A stretch of DNA of 64,000 nt from Amoebophrya sp. A120 (lineage: Eukaryota; Protista; Dinoflagellata). A model generated the notes under the pieces. The model saw only the letters and a program-made list of their open reading frames with translations, was not told where the DNA came from and did no database searches. The position numbers and the translations under genes were made by a program. The stretch spans positions 1,497,824 through 1,561,823 of the forward strand of contig CAJINV010000016.1 in NCBI GenBank assembly GCA_905178155.1, given 5' to 3'. Shown here piece after piece: positions 50,401 to 61,600 of this stretch; positions within the stretch are counted from its first letter, which is position 1, and each line of letters starts with the position of its first letter.

Positions 50401-53400
50401 AGCTGCCCACCACTGTTCTTCCCGGAGTTAGCACTACTTCTCGCAGAAGTTGTTCCTCTCCGCGCCCGTGCGGCGTCCTCGCCACCGCCGGTGATTGTGT
50501 TTTTCAACCTCTGCAGTATGCAATGTAAATTTCCTGTACGTGTACATGTACAAAATGCATGACAAATTTCGCTAACTTGCAGTGTCCACCTTGTCATGCT
50601 AGACTAGGATTGAAGGCAAGTTTTGTCATGCAGTGGCTGCATTTGTACGTGTACAGGAAATTTACTGTGGATATGCAGCATAGTTTCCTCGCTCGCGTAC
50701 GGATCTCCGTCCAGCTCCTGCGGTGTGTATCAACTGTAAAAATGTCTGGGTCTGGAATTCCAACTTGTCATGCTGATTTTGGATTCTAAAAAAATCTGCA
50801 TTGCATGAGCAGCAAAGAGAGTCCAAGTTTTGCTACACGGAAAGAGCATTTGTCATGCGGCATAGGCATCAGGAAGCCCTCACAAAATCTGTGCTGCTAG
50901 GGCATGCATCACAGACATCAGGAGTCACGCACAATGTGCATGACAAGCCTGGCAATCTTCCAGACCCAGACATTTTTACATTTGATAGGGTGACCGCCTG
51001 CACAAACTTCTGCATTTTCCGCGCGTACTCCACGGTTTTCCGGTACCGCTTTTTCAACTCTTCCTCGGTCGCCGGGGGCTCCCAACGGTTCGTCCTCTTG
51101 CTGTCGATGAAGGACATTTTTTGGAAGTCCTTTTTCGTCTGCTCGGCCCACATCAGGAAATTCCGCTCCCTGGGGATCCGTAGGGCGCAGAAAGCGAGTA
51201 ACGGGGAGGTAAAAGTGGAAAATTTATCCGATAAATCCTTCCGGACGTACGTCAGTCTCGCGAGTTCAAAACATTCCCGCACTTCCGTCATCTGCCCAAC
51301 GAAAGCGAAGGAACCCCAGGACTCCGGGAAGAGCATCCGTTGCTGCATGAAGTGCTGGATCATCAACAGCGCGTGCGGGCCGGGCAACGGGCGCCGGCTG
51401 TTCCCGCTGATCGCCGAACCCAGCTCTTCGTCCAGCCCCGGCGGGAAAAGCTGGATCCCCGCTGGGTCACCGCCCTTCAACTGCCGATACTTACGGGACT
51501 TCTTCCCCAACTCGGAATTCTGCCCGTCGTCGAAGTAGCTGGAGTAGCCCATCACCCCCCGGATTTGCTTGTGCAGGGCCTTCCGAGGATAGCGAAAGTT
51601 GTCGACTCTCTGCCGATACAGCTGTTTCATGTCGATGTCATTGGTCGAGAGGAGGTGGTATTTCCGCAGAAGTAGGGCTATGCGTTGCAAATATGTCTGG
51701 GTCTGGAAGAGCAAAACTTGTGATGCTGCATTTGGATGCTAAAAAAATCTGTATTGCCTGAGCTACAGCAAGAGAAGTCAAATTTGGCTACGCGGAGACG
51801 GCACTTGTCATGCAGGATACGCATCGATAAGCGCTCAAAAAATGTGTGATGCTATGGCATACATCACAGACATAGTGGATCATGGAAAATGTGCATGGCA
51901 AACTTGTCGTCTTCCAGACCCAGACATATTTGCACTTGATAAGCCCCTGCTCGCCGGAGATCCCGATGTTTTTGTTCAAGGGGTCGAAGAACAACTTCCC
52001 CGCCTATCGCAAGAACAAACTGTTTCACTGTGAACTTGTGATGCAGAAAAAGCATCACTGAAGTGTTTGTCTTGCTACACATGCAAGACAGTGGACTTTT
52101 AGCTGTGTTTTCCCTTAGGAATCTCGCATGGCAAATCTTCTCTGTCATGCGGAACAAACTTGTGATGCAAAAGTTGCAAAATCCTTACAGTGAAACACTC
52201 TTTTCCCGTGATACCGCCAGCGCGGGGTTCAATCCGGACCGCTTCTTGCAAAACTTCTCGTTCACCGCATACGCCAGGTGGATCTGCTCCAAAAGCAATT
52301 TCGCATCCTTGATCTGCCGTCCCTGGTTGAATAAATTCGACACCTTCTTCGCGACGGAGGAATCGCTTTCCTATGCTGTGCAAAAGTATCGCACTCGTAC
52401 TAATTGCTTTTATGCATTACAAATCTTTTTCTTAAGGCAAATACGCATTACAAATTCGATTTGCAATGCTGAGCTAATTTGTATTGCAATTTCTACTAGT
52501 ACGATACTTTTGCAGTTCATATTTCCAGCAGCTCGTCGAAAATTGCGGATCGCAAATCGTGCTTCAACTTCGTCTATCAAATGTAAAAATGTCTGGGTCT
52601 GGAAGATTCTGAGACTTGTCATGCATGTTTTGCATTGGCCATGATGTCTGTGATGCATGCCCTAGCATCACAGATTTTTTGAGGGCTTCGTGATGCCTAT
52701 TCCGCATGACAAATGCTCTGTCCGCGTAGCAAAAATTGCATTCCCTTTGCTGCTCATGCAATACAGATTTTTCTGGAATCCAAATTCAGCATCACAAGTT
52801 GCATTCTTCCAGACCCAGACATTTTTACATTTGATATCGTCTGATAGGTCGGCCAGTAACTGTTCGCGAAAAATTTTTTCAGCATCGGCCACCCCTCGTC
52901 GGACCCGCCCGTGCTGGCGTCCAACCACCGCCGGACGGTGTAGGACTGGTGCTGCCAATCGAGTCTTTGTTCGCAAGAAAGCCGCATGTGGTCCGCCGCG
53001 GCGCGGAAGACGTCCTGCCGGAGCCTCTCCAGGTCGATCTCGTAGTCCCCTCCAGTGACTTTCGTGTGCGTGAGAGAGGACGCAGTGCCCGCGCCAACAG
53101 CACCGATCCCGATCATCAACGGCAACGCAACGGGCGCAGCGCCAATGGCCGCGGCGACGCCGGCGGCGGCGGTGGCCGCGCCGCCGAGAAGAGCCGCACG
53201 GGAGGAAGGGAACAGGCTCTGGATTTTTTGGAGAGTTTCAGTGGTCTTGAAAGTCTTTTCATCCGGCTGCAAAGAAGATCATGAAAAACGCATAGATTTT
53301 GACAAGAAGAGGACCCTACGTGCGCATAATGCTTGCCTGATAGGTCGCATATCACAAGCTGTGTGGTTCATCTTGCATGGCCAGCATATTATACAAAGTT

Positions 53401-54776
53401 CGAAAGTACTTCTACCTGCGGCGTCGTGATTCCCAGCTGGTTCCCGAGTGTCTGCCGCGTTTTCACCAAACCTCCGAGCCCGGCGGACTGCAAAGCGATC
53501 ACCACGTCTTCCGGAATCGGCGCCGGAAAGTACGCCTTACCGGTGTTTGGCACGTCGTTGTACTGATCCAGATACTCGTTTCGGAGGATCCCGCTGGCTT
53601 CCATAGGATTCTGCTGCGGCACATAGGGATTTTGCTGCTGGTAGTTGTAGTTGTATCCGGCACGACGCTGCTGCTGCTGCTCGAGAAAAATTGTGGTTTC
53701 CCCAGTTTCGTTTGCAGTTGCCGGTGACGAAAAACTCGATTTTACCCCGACATCATCCTGCTGCTGCTGTTGGTCGACCTGAGGATGAAGATGACCTTGT
53801 TGTTCATGAGCTGCAGCAAAACTACCTCCACCAAGAAGGTGATCTTCTTCAACATCTGCGAGGCTGATCCGCACCCCGTCGATGACACTGAAGTCGTCAG
53901 TATTTTCAGCGTTCTCCACCTCTTCCTCGCCACCCCCTGCAGTTTTCAGAAACGACGAGGACGAGGAGGGTGTAACTCCCGATCCCGCTCTGTGTCCATC
54001 GTGCGCATGATCATGAGAATGTTCGTGAAGATTGTGATGGTCGTGGTCATGGCCGTCGTCCCCGTGTAAGCAGCCTTCATGACCTCCACTATGATCGTGG
54101 CTGTGACCACCTTTCTCCAGCGGGTGCTTCTGCTGCTCCCAGAACGCCGTCTTCACTTCCTCCTTTACCTTGGTGAAAACCAGCGTGTCCTTCGTGAATT
54201 TGAAGGGCTTGTTATGACAGTGCACAACTCCCCCTCCGCCTCATGTGCTGTAATGCAAAATACCAAATGCAAATCCACTCTTTCCCCTTTGGCACTCCTT
54301 GCATGACAGATTCCGGAACGACCCGAAGCAGAACTAGAATCGGTCCGGAATTTGTCATGCAAAAGCTGCATTTACGCGAAGACTTCTGTTGCTGCTTATG
54401 CCCTTCAAATGAGGAGGAGGGGAAGTTGTGCACTCTCATACTTGTCCTCCGTGCCGTCCTCTTTCGGCTCAAAGTTCTCGAGGTTCTCCTCCGTCCACAG
54501 CGGACCAAAGAACGCAGCGACCGGGAGGGGAAGAAATTTGAAAAGAAGGCAGGATAGTAGGATGGGCAGGAGAATAGCACCGCACTTCGATACTAGTCTG
54601 GAGTTTGAGATGAACGTAGTGCCGAATATGGACGACCCGGCAGCGGAGACAGTAGTAGAATGCTGCTGATGCGCCTGTGCCCCGACTTTACTAGCAGCCG
54701 AAGAGATGACCTTGTCATCTCTTGCCGCGGAGCAGCGATGTTGTCTTTCTCTTTTCCTTTTGGCAGAACCCACCAT
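29466..54776 (-). CDS. Giant putative secreted protein (~6150 aa), 25 introner introns plus 1 GT-AG intron
   Basis: Removing each of 25 elements plus one DR copy, and intron 53267-53415, gives 18462 nt of continuous frame from ATG 54776 to TGA 29466. N-terminal hydrophobic CGAILLPILLSCLLFKFLPLPVAA; His-, Pro- and Thr/Ser-rich tracts. Start uncertain because a GTAAGT donor lies at ~54797. No known family recognised. Confidence 0.78.
31186..31333. mobile_element. Introner, family C
   Basis: TATCCACTGTAAATTT...AAATTTGTGTTGCATA; DR tcggc. Confidence 0.87.
32756..33016. mobile_element. Introner, family A
   Basis: Family A TIR; DR atagt. Confidence 0.9.
34042..34186. mobile_element. Introner, family B
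   Basis: GCAAAAGCATCGCACTCGTA / TACGAGTACGATACTTTTGC; DR agttt. Confidence 0.9.
36478..36665 (-). repeat. Coding tandem repeat, 78-bp period
   Basis: APEALPPLDGAK(N/S)HPFTYG(P/S)RRG present twice. Confidence 0.85.
37111..37219. mobile_element. Introner, family D-like
   Basis: TATTCCGTGAAAATTAACCATCCCCATCCA TIR; DR gttag/gttcg. Confidence 0.88.
37599..37855. mobile_element. Introner, family A
   Basis: Family A TIR; DR gcccg. Confidence 0.9.
37942..38193. mobile_element. Introner, family A (inverted relative to 37599-37855)
   Basis: Family A TIR; DR cttgg; interior is the reverse complement of the neighbouring copy. Confidence 0.9.
39537..39654. mobile_element. Introner, family D
   Basis: TATCCAGAAAAAAACACCCATCCTGCCCATCCA; DR gatgc/aatgc. 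Confidence 0.87.
39759..40019. mobile_element. Introner, family A
   Basis: Family A TIR; DR tgtcc. Confidence 0.9.
40955..41267. mobile_element. Introner, family E
   Basis: TIR TATGGGAGTGTCAGGATTGAAATC; DR ctttc; similar to 56975-57285. Confidence 0.9.
42425..43075 (-). repeat. Coding internal duplication, 360-bp period
   Basis: KMLT.A.AG.GM..Q.A.MAP.VAAVG.E.ARS.MEPLVRSLQ.VE..EA.RVQQQLHAQEELDHQAQLEQHQA..NATE..AELSPAVQQ present twice. Confidence 0.9.
43983..44167. mobile_element. Introner, diverged singleton (family C-related)
   Basis: TAT...ATA ends, partial IR TTTACCG.ACA; DR catgt/cacgg; removal restores frame. Confidence 0.7.
45151..45259. mobile_element. Introner, family D
   Basis: TATCGAGGAAAAAACACCCATCCCCATCCA TIR; DR gttgt; highly similar to 60762-60870. 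Confidence 0.92.
45302..45555. mobile_element. Introner, family A
   Basis: Family A TIR; DR tcgtc. Confidence 0.88.
46463..46618. mobile_element. Introner, family B
   Basis: Family B TIR; DR cgcac. Confidence 0.9.
46675..48238. mobile_element. Introner, family A, carrying a nested 1.3-kb insertion
   Basis: Left TIR at 46675, remainder resumes at ~48015, right TIR ends 48238; DR gacgt/cacgt; spliced FLQYVAEAAIV. Confidence 0.85.
46718..48013. mobile_element. Nested insertion, possible solo LTR
   Basis: TG...CA ends; CTTGT duplicated at 46713-46717 and 48015-48019; internal repeats CAGGTCAC(A/G)G(T/A)CATCC x4 and GCTGCTCGCTCAT; no convincing ORF. Confidence 0.6.
48745..48907. mobile_element. 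Introner, family B
   Basis: Family B TIR; DR aagat. Confidence 0.9.
49102..49363. mobile_element. Introner, family A
   Basis: Family A TIR; DR gcctt; very similar to 52575-52836. Confidence 0.92.
49471..49723. mobile_element. Introner, family A
   Basis: Family A TIR; DR ggcaa/agcca; opposite orientation to 49102-49363. Confidence 0.86.
50111..50346. mobile_element. Introner, family F
   Basis: TIR TATGGCGTTCTCAA..GTTACATTCTCAA; DR attga. Confidence 0.9.
50517..50673. mobile_element. Introner, family C
   Basis: IR TAAATTTCCTGTAC; DR tgcag; similar to 1390-1540. Confidence 0.9.
50728..50987. mobile_element. Introner, family A
   Basis: Family A TIR; DR gtgtg/gggtg. Confidence 0.9.
51679..51941. 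mobile_element. Introner, family A
   Basis: Family A TIR; DR agggc/agccc. Confidence 0.87.
52005..52213. mobile_element. Introner, family H
   Basis: TATCGCAAGAACAAACTGTTTCACTGT / ACAGTGAAACACTCTTTTCCCGTGATA; DR ccgcc. Confidence 0.87.
52372..52521. mobile_element. Introner, family B
   Basis: Family B TIR; DR tttcc. Confidence 0.9.
52575..52836. mobile_element. Introner, family A
   Basis: Perfect TIR of >30 bp starting TATCAAATGTAAAAATGTCTGGGTCTGGAAGA; DR tcgtc. Confidence 0.93.
54213..54440. mobile_element. Introner, family G
   Basis: TATGACAGTGCACAACT / AGTTGTGCACTCTCATA; DR cttgt. Confidence 0.9.
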
Positions 54777-55652
54777 ATTTTCTGATTTCAAACTTACCGT
54801 GCTTGTAGAAGTGAAGACTCGTCAATTATACAGGTAGATCATAGTACAACAAGCACGTCGTGCTACAAACTGGAATTCACCAGGACGTCAACGATTTGCA
54901 GTCGTTCATGTCACAACAAGTAGGTCAAGCAAAAACGCGATCGGTACACGAACACGATGCGGATGCATTGCTTTGCGATACTTATCATCTGAGCCTGACC
55001 TCGAAAACTAGCGCGGCCGGGCAGAGAACATCATCATGATCGAAACGCGAATCGAGTTCGAGATCGAGCGAGACGAATAAAACGAGACGAAATCAATGCA
55101 CAACCAAACTCAGACGATGTAATTGGTCTCAACTACTGCGAATGCGAAACGAGAATTGGTATTGGATGCATATGGCACGATCTCCAGACTACACTCGTGC
55201 ATCAACATATGGCTTCAGAAGTTCTTTTCACCTCTCTAACTCTTAGTCGATCGATGCGAAAGCGAAAAGTGACAGTGAGCCGAAAACGATATAAACGAAG
55301 TTCCTCGTGGAGAGGCAGATGAGGTGATTTGCTGATACATCATGCCCTTTGTTCACAAGAAGAAACAGCGGATCTTGACAGATCATGCATGGTCCATTCT
55401 AAGAAGTAAAGAGCAAGTTGGTCTGATGGACACGCATGAACTGGAACATGATGCGGAAGTGGCATTGCACTAAAAACGTCATCGCGCCTACAACGATTGA
55501 GTTTCGCCATTGAATTTCGCTTTCAAGATTTTTAGTATTCATGCTCGATTAGTTCGCTTTCAGTTTCACATCTGTCGTCTGTGGGGAACTGCTTGTGTTT
55601 TAGCAGCAAAAAAGACACCAGGTTGTAAACGGAAACGCACATCATCTCTTCT

Positions 55653-58600
55653 TCATTTTTCCGCGCCTCCACCCGAAGGCCCATCTGCTCCCTCCCCACC
55701 CTTTTCTTCCTCCTGCCTCCTTTGCTCCTTCAGCATAGCAGCGTACTTCGCCCGCGAGGCGCGGGTGCGCAGGTGCACCCCCTTGGAATCAGGACGTCCC
55801 TGCAAATTCGCCGGACCCCTATTCATGAAATCCGGGAGAGGTTTCGAGGCTCTTGCCTTGGCTTTTGGCTTCGCTTGTTGATAATGTGGGGGAAAACCAA
55901 ACGCGTTAATATTTCCAGGAGCACCTCCGGGCTGAGCAGCACCACCGAGCCGCGACTTTTCCTTTTGTGCTTCTCCTGCACCTGGCCCCGTTGCGTTGTT
56001 CTTTATCGAAGAAGTGGATAAAAGTGCGCCACCTGCCTGAAGTCGCTGCTCCAAAACCCGCCCGGGCATGGTGATCCGTCGAATTTCCGTTATCAGGCGA
56101 AAGCTCGACATGCCTTCCCGCCTCGCCTGTTGGCGCAAATTCGCGATCTGGGTCTGCTCCTGCTTTTGCAACTTCTTGATCTGCACCACCTTCCCACACT
56201 GGCGAAGGAGAACTTGCGCTAAGGGAGACAGGCGGGTGGAATTGCGAAGATGAGATTGACCAGCTCGTTCACCTGGAATTAAGAGCGAAGCAGCTTCCTG
56301 CTGCGCGCCCCCGGTCATCATCTTGCGGCCAGTAAAGCCTTTGATGGCTCGTTTTTTACCAAGCTGCGCCAATGCGAGATGCCGCGGAATTTTCGTCCCT
56401 GATTTATTTTCTGGGACGAGCTGTATCTCCTCTCGATCTTCCACGTCTTCAACTTTCGCAAGCAAAGCCCCGGTCTTCAGTTCCTCTGCGACGGTTGTAG
56501 ATTTATTTTCGGTATGCTTGTTTCCCGGCAGTAGTTGTGCCACAACTGCATCTTCAGCTTCCGCCTCCTCTTGCTCATGTAACATCGTACCTTCGAGGGC
56601 GAAAAAATCTGCATCCGCGGCGAGCGGGTCAAACGTGCTGGTCGGTCCACCTGCACTACTAGCGTCTCGCCCCTGCGCCTCATCCTCCGCCGATCCCCGA
56701 CCGAGCAACGCTCGGTCGTCAAACACCCCGTCAAGCAAGTTGTGGAGTTGTCCATGTTGCTGCTCCCCATCAACACCTTTTTTCTTTCCTTTCGCCAAAT
56801 GCTGAAATTGCCCTTCGTCGATGACCATGTCATCCAATTTCCGTTTTATCACCTGTTTCCGCCAAATATTCTCCTCCACCGTGAAGCTCGACAACAACCG
56901 AAACACGTGGACGTCTTTCAGCTGCCCAATGCGGTGCACCCGGTCCATGGCCTGCCGGTCCGTAGCCGGGTTCCTATGGGTGTGTCAGGATTGAAACCGA
57001 CAAAGTTGAAATGATCTGTGATGCATGAAATGCAAGGCACGAAGTGACTGTCTTGCAGGGATTGCAAGAGACGCCAATTGTGAAGAGCCTGTTTCGGGTT
57101 TGGGATAAAGCTGCTAAAGTAGAATGACAGAGGATGCCTTCTTTCGCTAAACAGCATGACAAACTGGATGTCGATGACGTCGAAATTTGTCATGCGCTGC
57201 TTCGAAATTGGGCTTCCGACTGGTATCGGTTTTATGCATTACAAGCTATTTCAACTCTGTCGATTTCGATCCTGACACTCCCATAATTCCAGTCGCTGTC
57301 GTAGAAAATGACCACGTTGGCACCCGTTTATCAAATGCAAAAGCATCGTGCTCGTAGTAATTGCAATCATGCATTACAAATTTTTCTCTCAAGGTAAATC
57401 CGCATTACAAATTTAATTTGTAATGCTAAGCCAATTTGTAATGCACTTTATACTAGTACGATACTTTTGCAATGCATACCGTTAAATTCAGCCCTATGCC
57501 TCCCGCTCTGGTGGAGGAGAGCATGATAAACGTGTTTGGTTTCTCGTTGAAGTCGTCGACGAGTTTTTGTCTATCCGGGTTGCTGGTTTTTCCGTCTAAC
57601 CGACTATACGTGTAGTTGTGCACGGCGAGGAATTCTTCGAGTATGTCTAGCATTTTCCCAAACTGGGTGAACAGTAAGACGCGGTTCTGCTTCGAATAGC
57701 ACTGCTGGAGCAGGCGCTTTAAAACTTGGAGCTTCCCGGAGTCGTAGGTCAAATTCCGCGGGTCCGGCATTTGGATTAAAGACGACGAAGTAGTTGTAAA
57801 GGGTCTGTTACTCAGCATCTTCCCAGCGACGGCACCTCCACCCCCACTCTGGTCTAAAAAAGCCATCGCGCTCGAAGGAAAGAGCACCCCGCACTGACTC
57901 CTGTCTCCGCGATTTCGTGCGTAGAAGGTAGAAGCGGGAAGAACGTCAGCGTTGTCGTTGAGATCATCTCTGGTGCCAGTTGTTCCGACCATCTCCTGAT
58001 AGCGGGAGCTGAACCAAGAATTATTTTCCCGCTTCTTGTTCCGATCAGCTCGTGTCAGCTGTAGTGCGCCCGCCGCCTCGGAAAACCGAAAGCGACACGC
58101 TTTCTCGATCGCCGCTTGCGCTTCTGCGGTGCGACTCGTGACCCCTTGAGTCGATAACGCGTCTGCTGACATCACAGTAACAGAATCTTGCACGCCTTTC
58201 GTTCTTGTCAATCTCATCTTCCTCCCTTTCTTCATGCGTCCGTTGTAGATTGGTGCGGCGAGGACAGAAACAGATAGAGCCGGACGTCGCTGTGCTGCTG
58301 GATCGACGTCCCCTTCTTCAGTACAAAAGTGACCATCTCCAGAACTTCTTCTTGCGCCACCCCGGTTGATACAACGTAAACCTGACCCTCCCACCACCAG
58401 CTGTTGCGGCCCCGCACTTTTCGTGTGCCACCGGTCATCCGCGTGCTCGAGCTGTAGCTCCGTGCGAAAGCAATGCAGCCTCGCCCGCACGACCTTCTCT
58501 TCCTGCTCGGAAAGGAGAGTACTTCTAGCCGGCTTCTTTTGAAGATGCCCAGAGGTCTTGTTCAAAAATAAAGCTGCTCGACTTTTGCAGCTTTGCTGAT

Positions 58601-61600
58601 GGTGTACTAGCGGCGTTCGTTCAGGAGCACCTGGATGTAGATCCTGATATTGCTGTAAAAGTGGTTCGTCAGCTTGTTGTTCTATCAAGTGTAAAAATGT
58701 CTGGGTCTGGAAGGTTCTGAGACTTGTCATGCACGTTTTGCATGAGCCATGAGGTCTGGAATGCGAGACCTAGCATGACAGATTCTGTGAGATCCGTATC
58801 ATGCGTATCCTGCGTGAGAAACTTCCTCTCAACTTGGTCAAAAGTGGACAGCTTTTGGCATTCATGCAACACAGATTTTTGCACGATCCAGAATTAGCAT
58901 TACAAGTTGCAACCTTCCAGACCCAGACATTTTTACAATGCATATGCTCTATTTCAACATCAAACCTCCGCTCGCTCATGGCGTTCAGAAGTATCGCAAG
59001 GAAAAATCCCCCCTCCCCATATTGAAGAGGTAGGTTTTCAAAAATTTGTGTTGCTGATTTGAGGTCACAAATCACGTCTGTGTTGCAAGAAGACAAGGGC
59101 AGCAGCTTCCGTCCCATTATGGAGGCGGTTTATCATGCTGTTGAGCAAACATCACCGACGCTTTTCATGCTAAGCGCCTAAGTCAAAGCCTCTCTGCTCA
59201 GGCTTGATATGGGTCTGCAGTCCTCTCCAGCAAGACAGATGTGATTTGTGTACTCAAATACAGCAACACAAATTCCGCTTTCGATGTGGGGAGGGGGGAT
59301 TTTTCCTCACAATAAGAAGGGGTGTGAAGTTCTTGTCCGTCAGAAAACTGTTCTGGTAAATGCCACTGTGCATGTGAAAACCGTGTTTGCCGTCGAGAAC
59401 CAAGTCGCTGTCGTGGAGTTTGTTGATCTTATCCGCAAGCACACCACCTTTCAGTACGGTGCTAGTCTCGTCGCCGTCAGCATTGGAAGCTGCCCTGGTC
59501 GACGTCCCAGCATGATAGTAGCAAGGGCTGCTCCCATGATCTTCGGAGGTACCACTGGAAGCAGCCAATATGTCGAAATTCGCCGGGGGAACTAACACTT
59601 TCGGGATGTAGCACCGCAGAAACCCAAGCCCGGTCCGCTTGATCCGCTCGACCACGGAATACTCGGATGGACAGCTCGAGTGAAGGAGGAGAAAGTTCTC
59701 AAGCTCTAAGGAGCGAGTAGTTCTGGAAGTTGCTGCTGCTGCAGCTGTACCGTCTGCATGATCATTTTTCGCGATGAGTACACTGCTGCTGCTGCTTCTG
59801 GACCGGCTGCGGCCGCGCGGAAACGGGAAGCTGCATACTTCTGGCCGCGGTATCAACACATTCGCGATGGTATCCTCGCTGATGCTTGTTGCCAACGTTA
59901 ATATTCTTGATGAAGCTTTCTTGGAAGAAGATTTAGATTTTGCTTCGCCATCCCCGCCCGTTACGTTTTTCTGACGATGCTCAAAGTTTTGACAGCTTTG
60001 CCTCGCTTGCCAATTTCGGAAAGCCGTTTGTACCCGATGCGGGAGGTCGTCGGTTTGATGGTTTGAGCTTGTCCTCTCGCTGCTGCTGGTGCCAACATTC
60101 TTCTCCGGACTGTAGAAAAATTTGCTGAACCACTGCTGCTCCTTTTCGCGGGTTTTTTTTGTGAAGAAATTTGGTCTGGTTTCCTCGGTCAGCCAGGATG
60201 TTGTCAGGTTCATCAGACAGTGCAGGGAGGAACTGGAGCTAGTGGTACAACCACCGTCAGAAGCACGATCCAAAAAACTCTTCGGGCGGAAATTCGACGC
60301 GCCACACCCGCGGAGAAGGTTTGAGAAGGAGGAGGTTGGCGGGAAAGAAGAATCCAAAAAGCTGGAGTCTGAGTCTGACACAGACTCAGACATATCGTGC
60401 CTTTTGCTGGCTTTACCCCTTTTCCATCGTGGTTTCAGATAAAGACTTTCCAGCCGTATTCTCCGGGCTTCGAACAGATTCTGGTTTGCGTTGTTGTGAT
60501 GATAATTCCGGCTCGTCGGAGCATTTACATGATCTCCAGGATAATTGGAGGACACGAGGAGGTTTAAGAGCTTGTTGAGTCCGAATCCCCTGCTCGTCTC
60601 GCGAACGTCGCCACGACGTCCTCTCGGCAAGAAAGAGCCACCTCGTGCTCGTCCTCCAGGCTCCTCTTGTAGAAGATCAACAAAAACGATTTCCGGCACG
60701 ACAAAGCGGATCACATCCTTCATTGCGAAGGGGATTTGCACCTTCCGCGGCTCAAACATGTTATCCAGGAAAAAACACCCAACCCCATCCAATTTGTCAT
60801 GCAAAACATGCATAAAGTCCACTATTTGTCATGCAAAAAATGGATGGTGATTGTTGTCTTTTCCTGGATACATGTCCGGATGGTTGCACACTTTCCGCAA
60901 GTGCATCAGCACGTGCATTTTGCCCAGATAGTCCTTCTTGCCCTCCTTCTGCATGACCTGCTGGACGTACCTGCGATTAATGAACTCGTCGTACAGAAAC
61001 CGCTGTCGTTTTGACAGCCCGCAGGGGACCACGTGCTCAATTTTCGCGGGCAGCTCCTTCTCCACCTGCTTTTTCAACCGGCGGAGAATGCACGGGCGGA
61101 GCAGTCGGTGGAGCCGGTCGACGATGTTATTTTGCTGGTCATTTGCTCCTGCAGATGAAGACGAGGCATTTTTTCCTTATGGATTGCAAAAATGTCTGGG
61201 TCTGGAAGATTGCAACTTGTTATGCTGTTTTTGGAGTCTAAAAAAATTTGTATCGCGTGACCAGCAAGAGGGGCGCAATTTGTGTTACACGGACAGGGCA
61301 TTTCTCATGCGGCAGGCGCATCAGGAAGCCCTCTGCAGGTCTGCGATGCTAGGTCATGCATTACAGGCATCCTGGGTCATGAGAAATATGCATGACAAGT
61401 CTTGCATTCTTCCAGACCCAGACATTTTTGCATTTGATATTCCTGTGCCTGAAACAACAGAACTTGGGTTCTTCTTGTTCAAGTCCTTTTTCAAAAAGGA
61501 CACGTCCAAGCGACCCTTCTTTCCCTCCTCCTCCGCGGCGGCCGACTCAACAAACTGCACCAAGGGGTTGTTAAACCACTCTTTGAAGTCCTGGTGCGAG

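Noticed and set aside
48745-52836. CRISPR-like array of ~30-bp repeats
   Set aside because: Repeats alternate in orientation, spacing is irregular, the intervening sequences are exons, and there are no cas genes.
963-61439. Recurring peptides FQTQTFLHLI / KCKNVWVWK / SNAKMSGSG in many short ORFs
   Set aside because: They are translations of the family A TIR in different frames, not a protein family.
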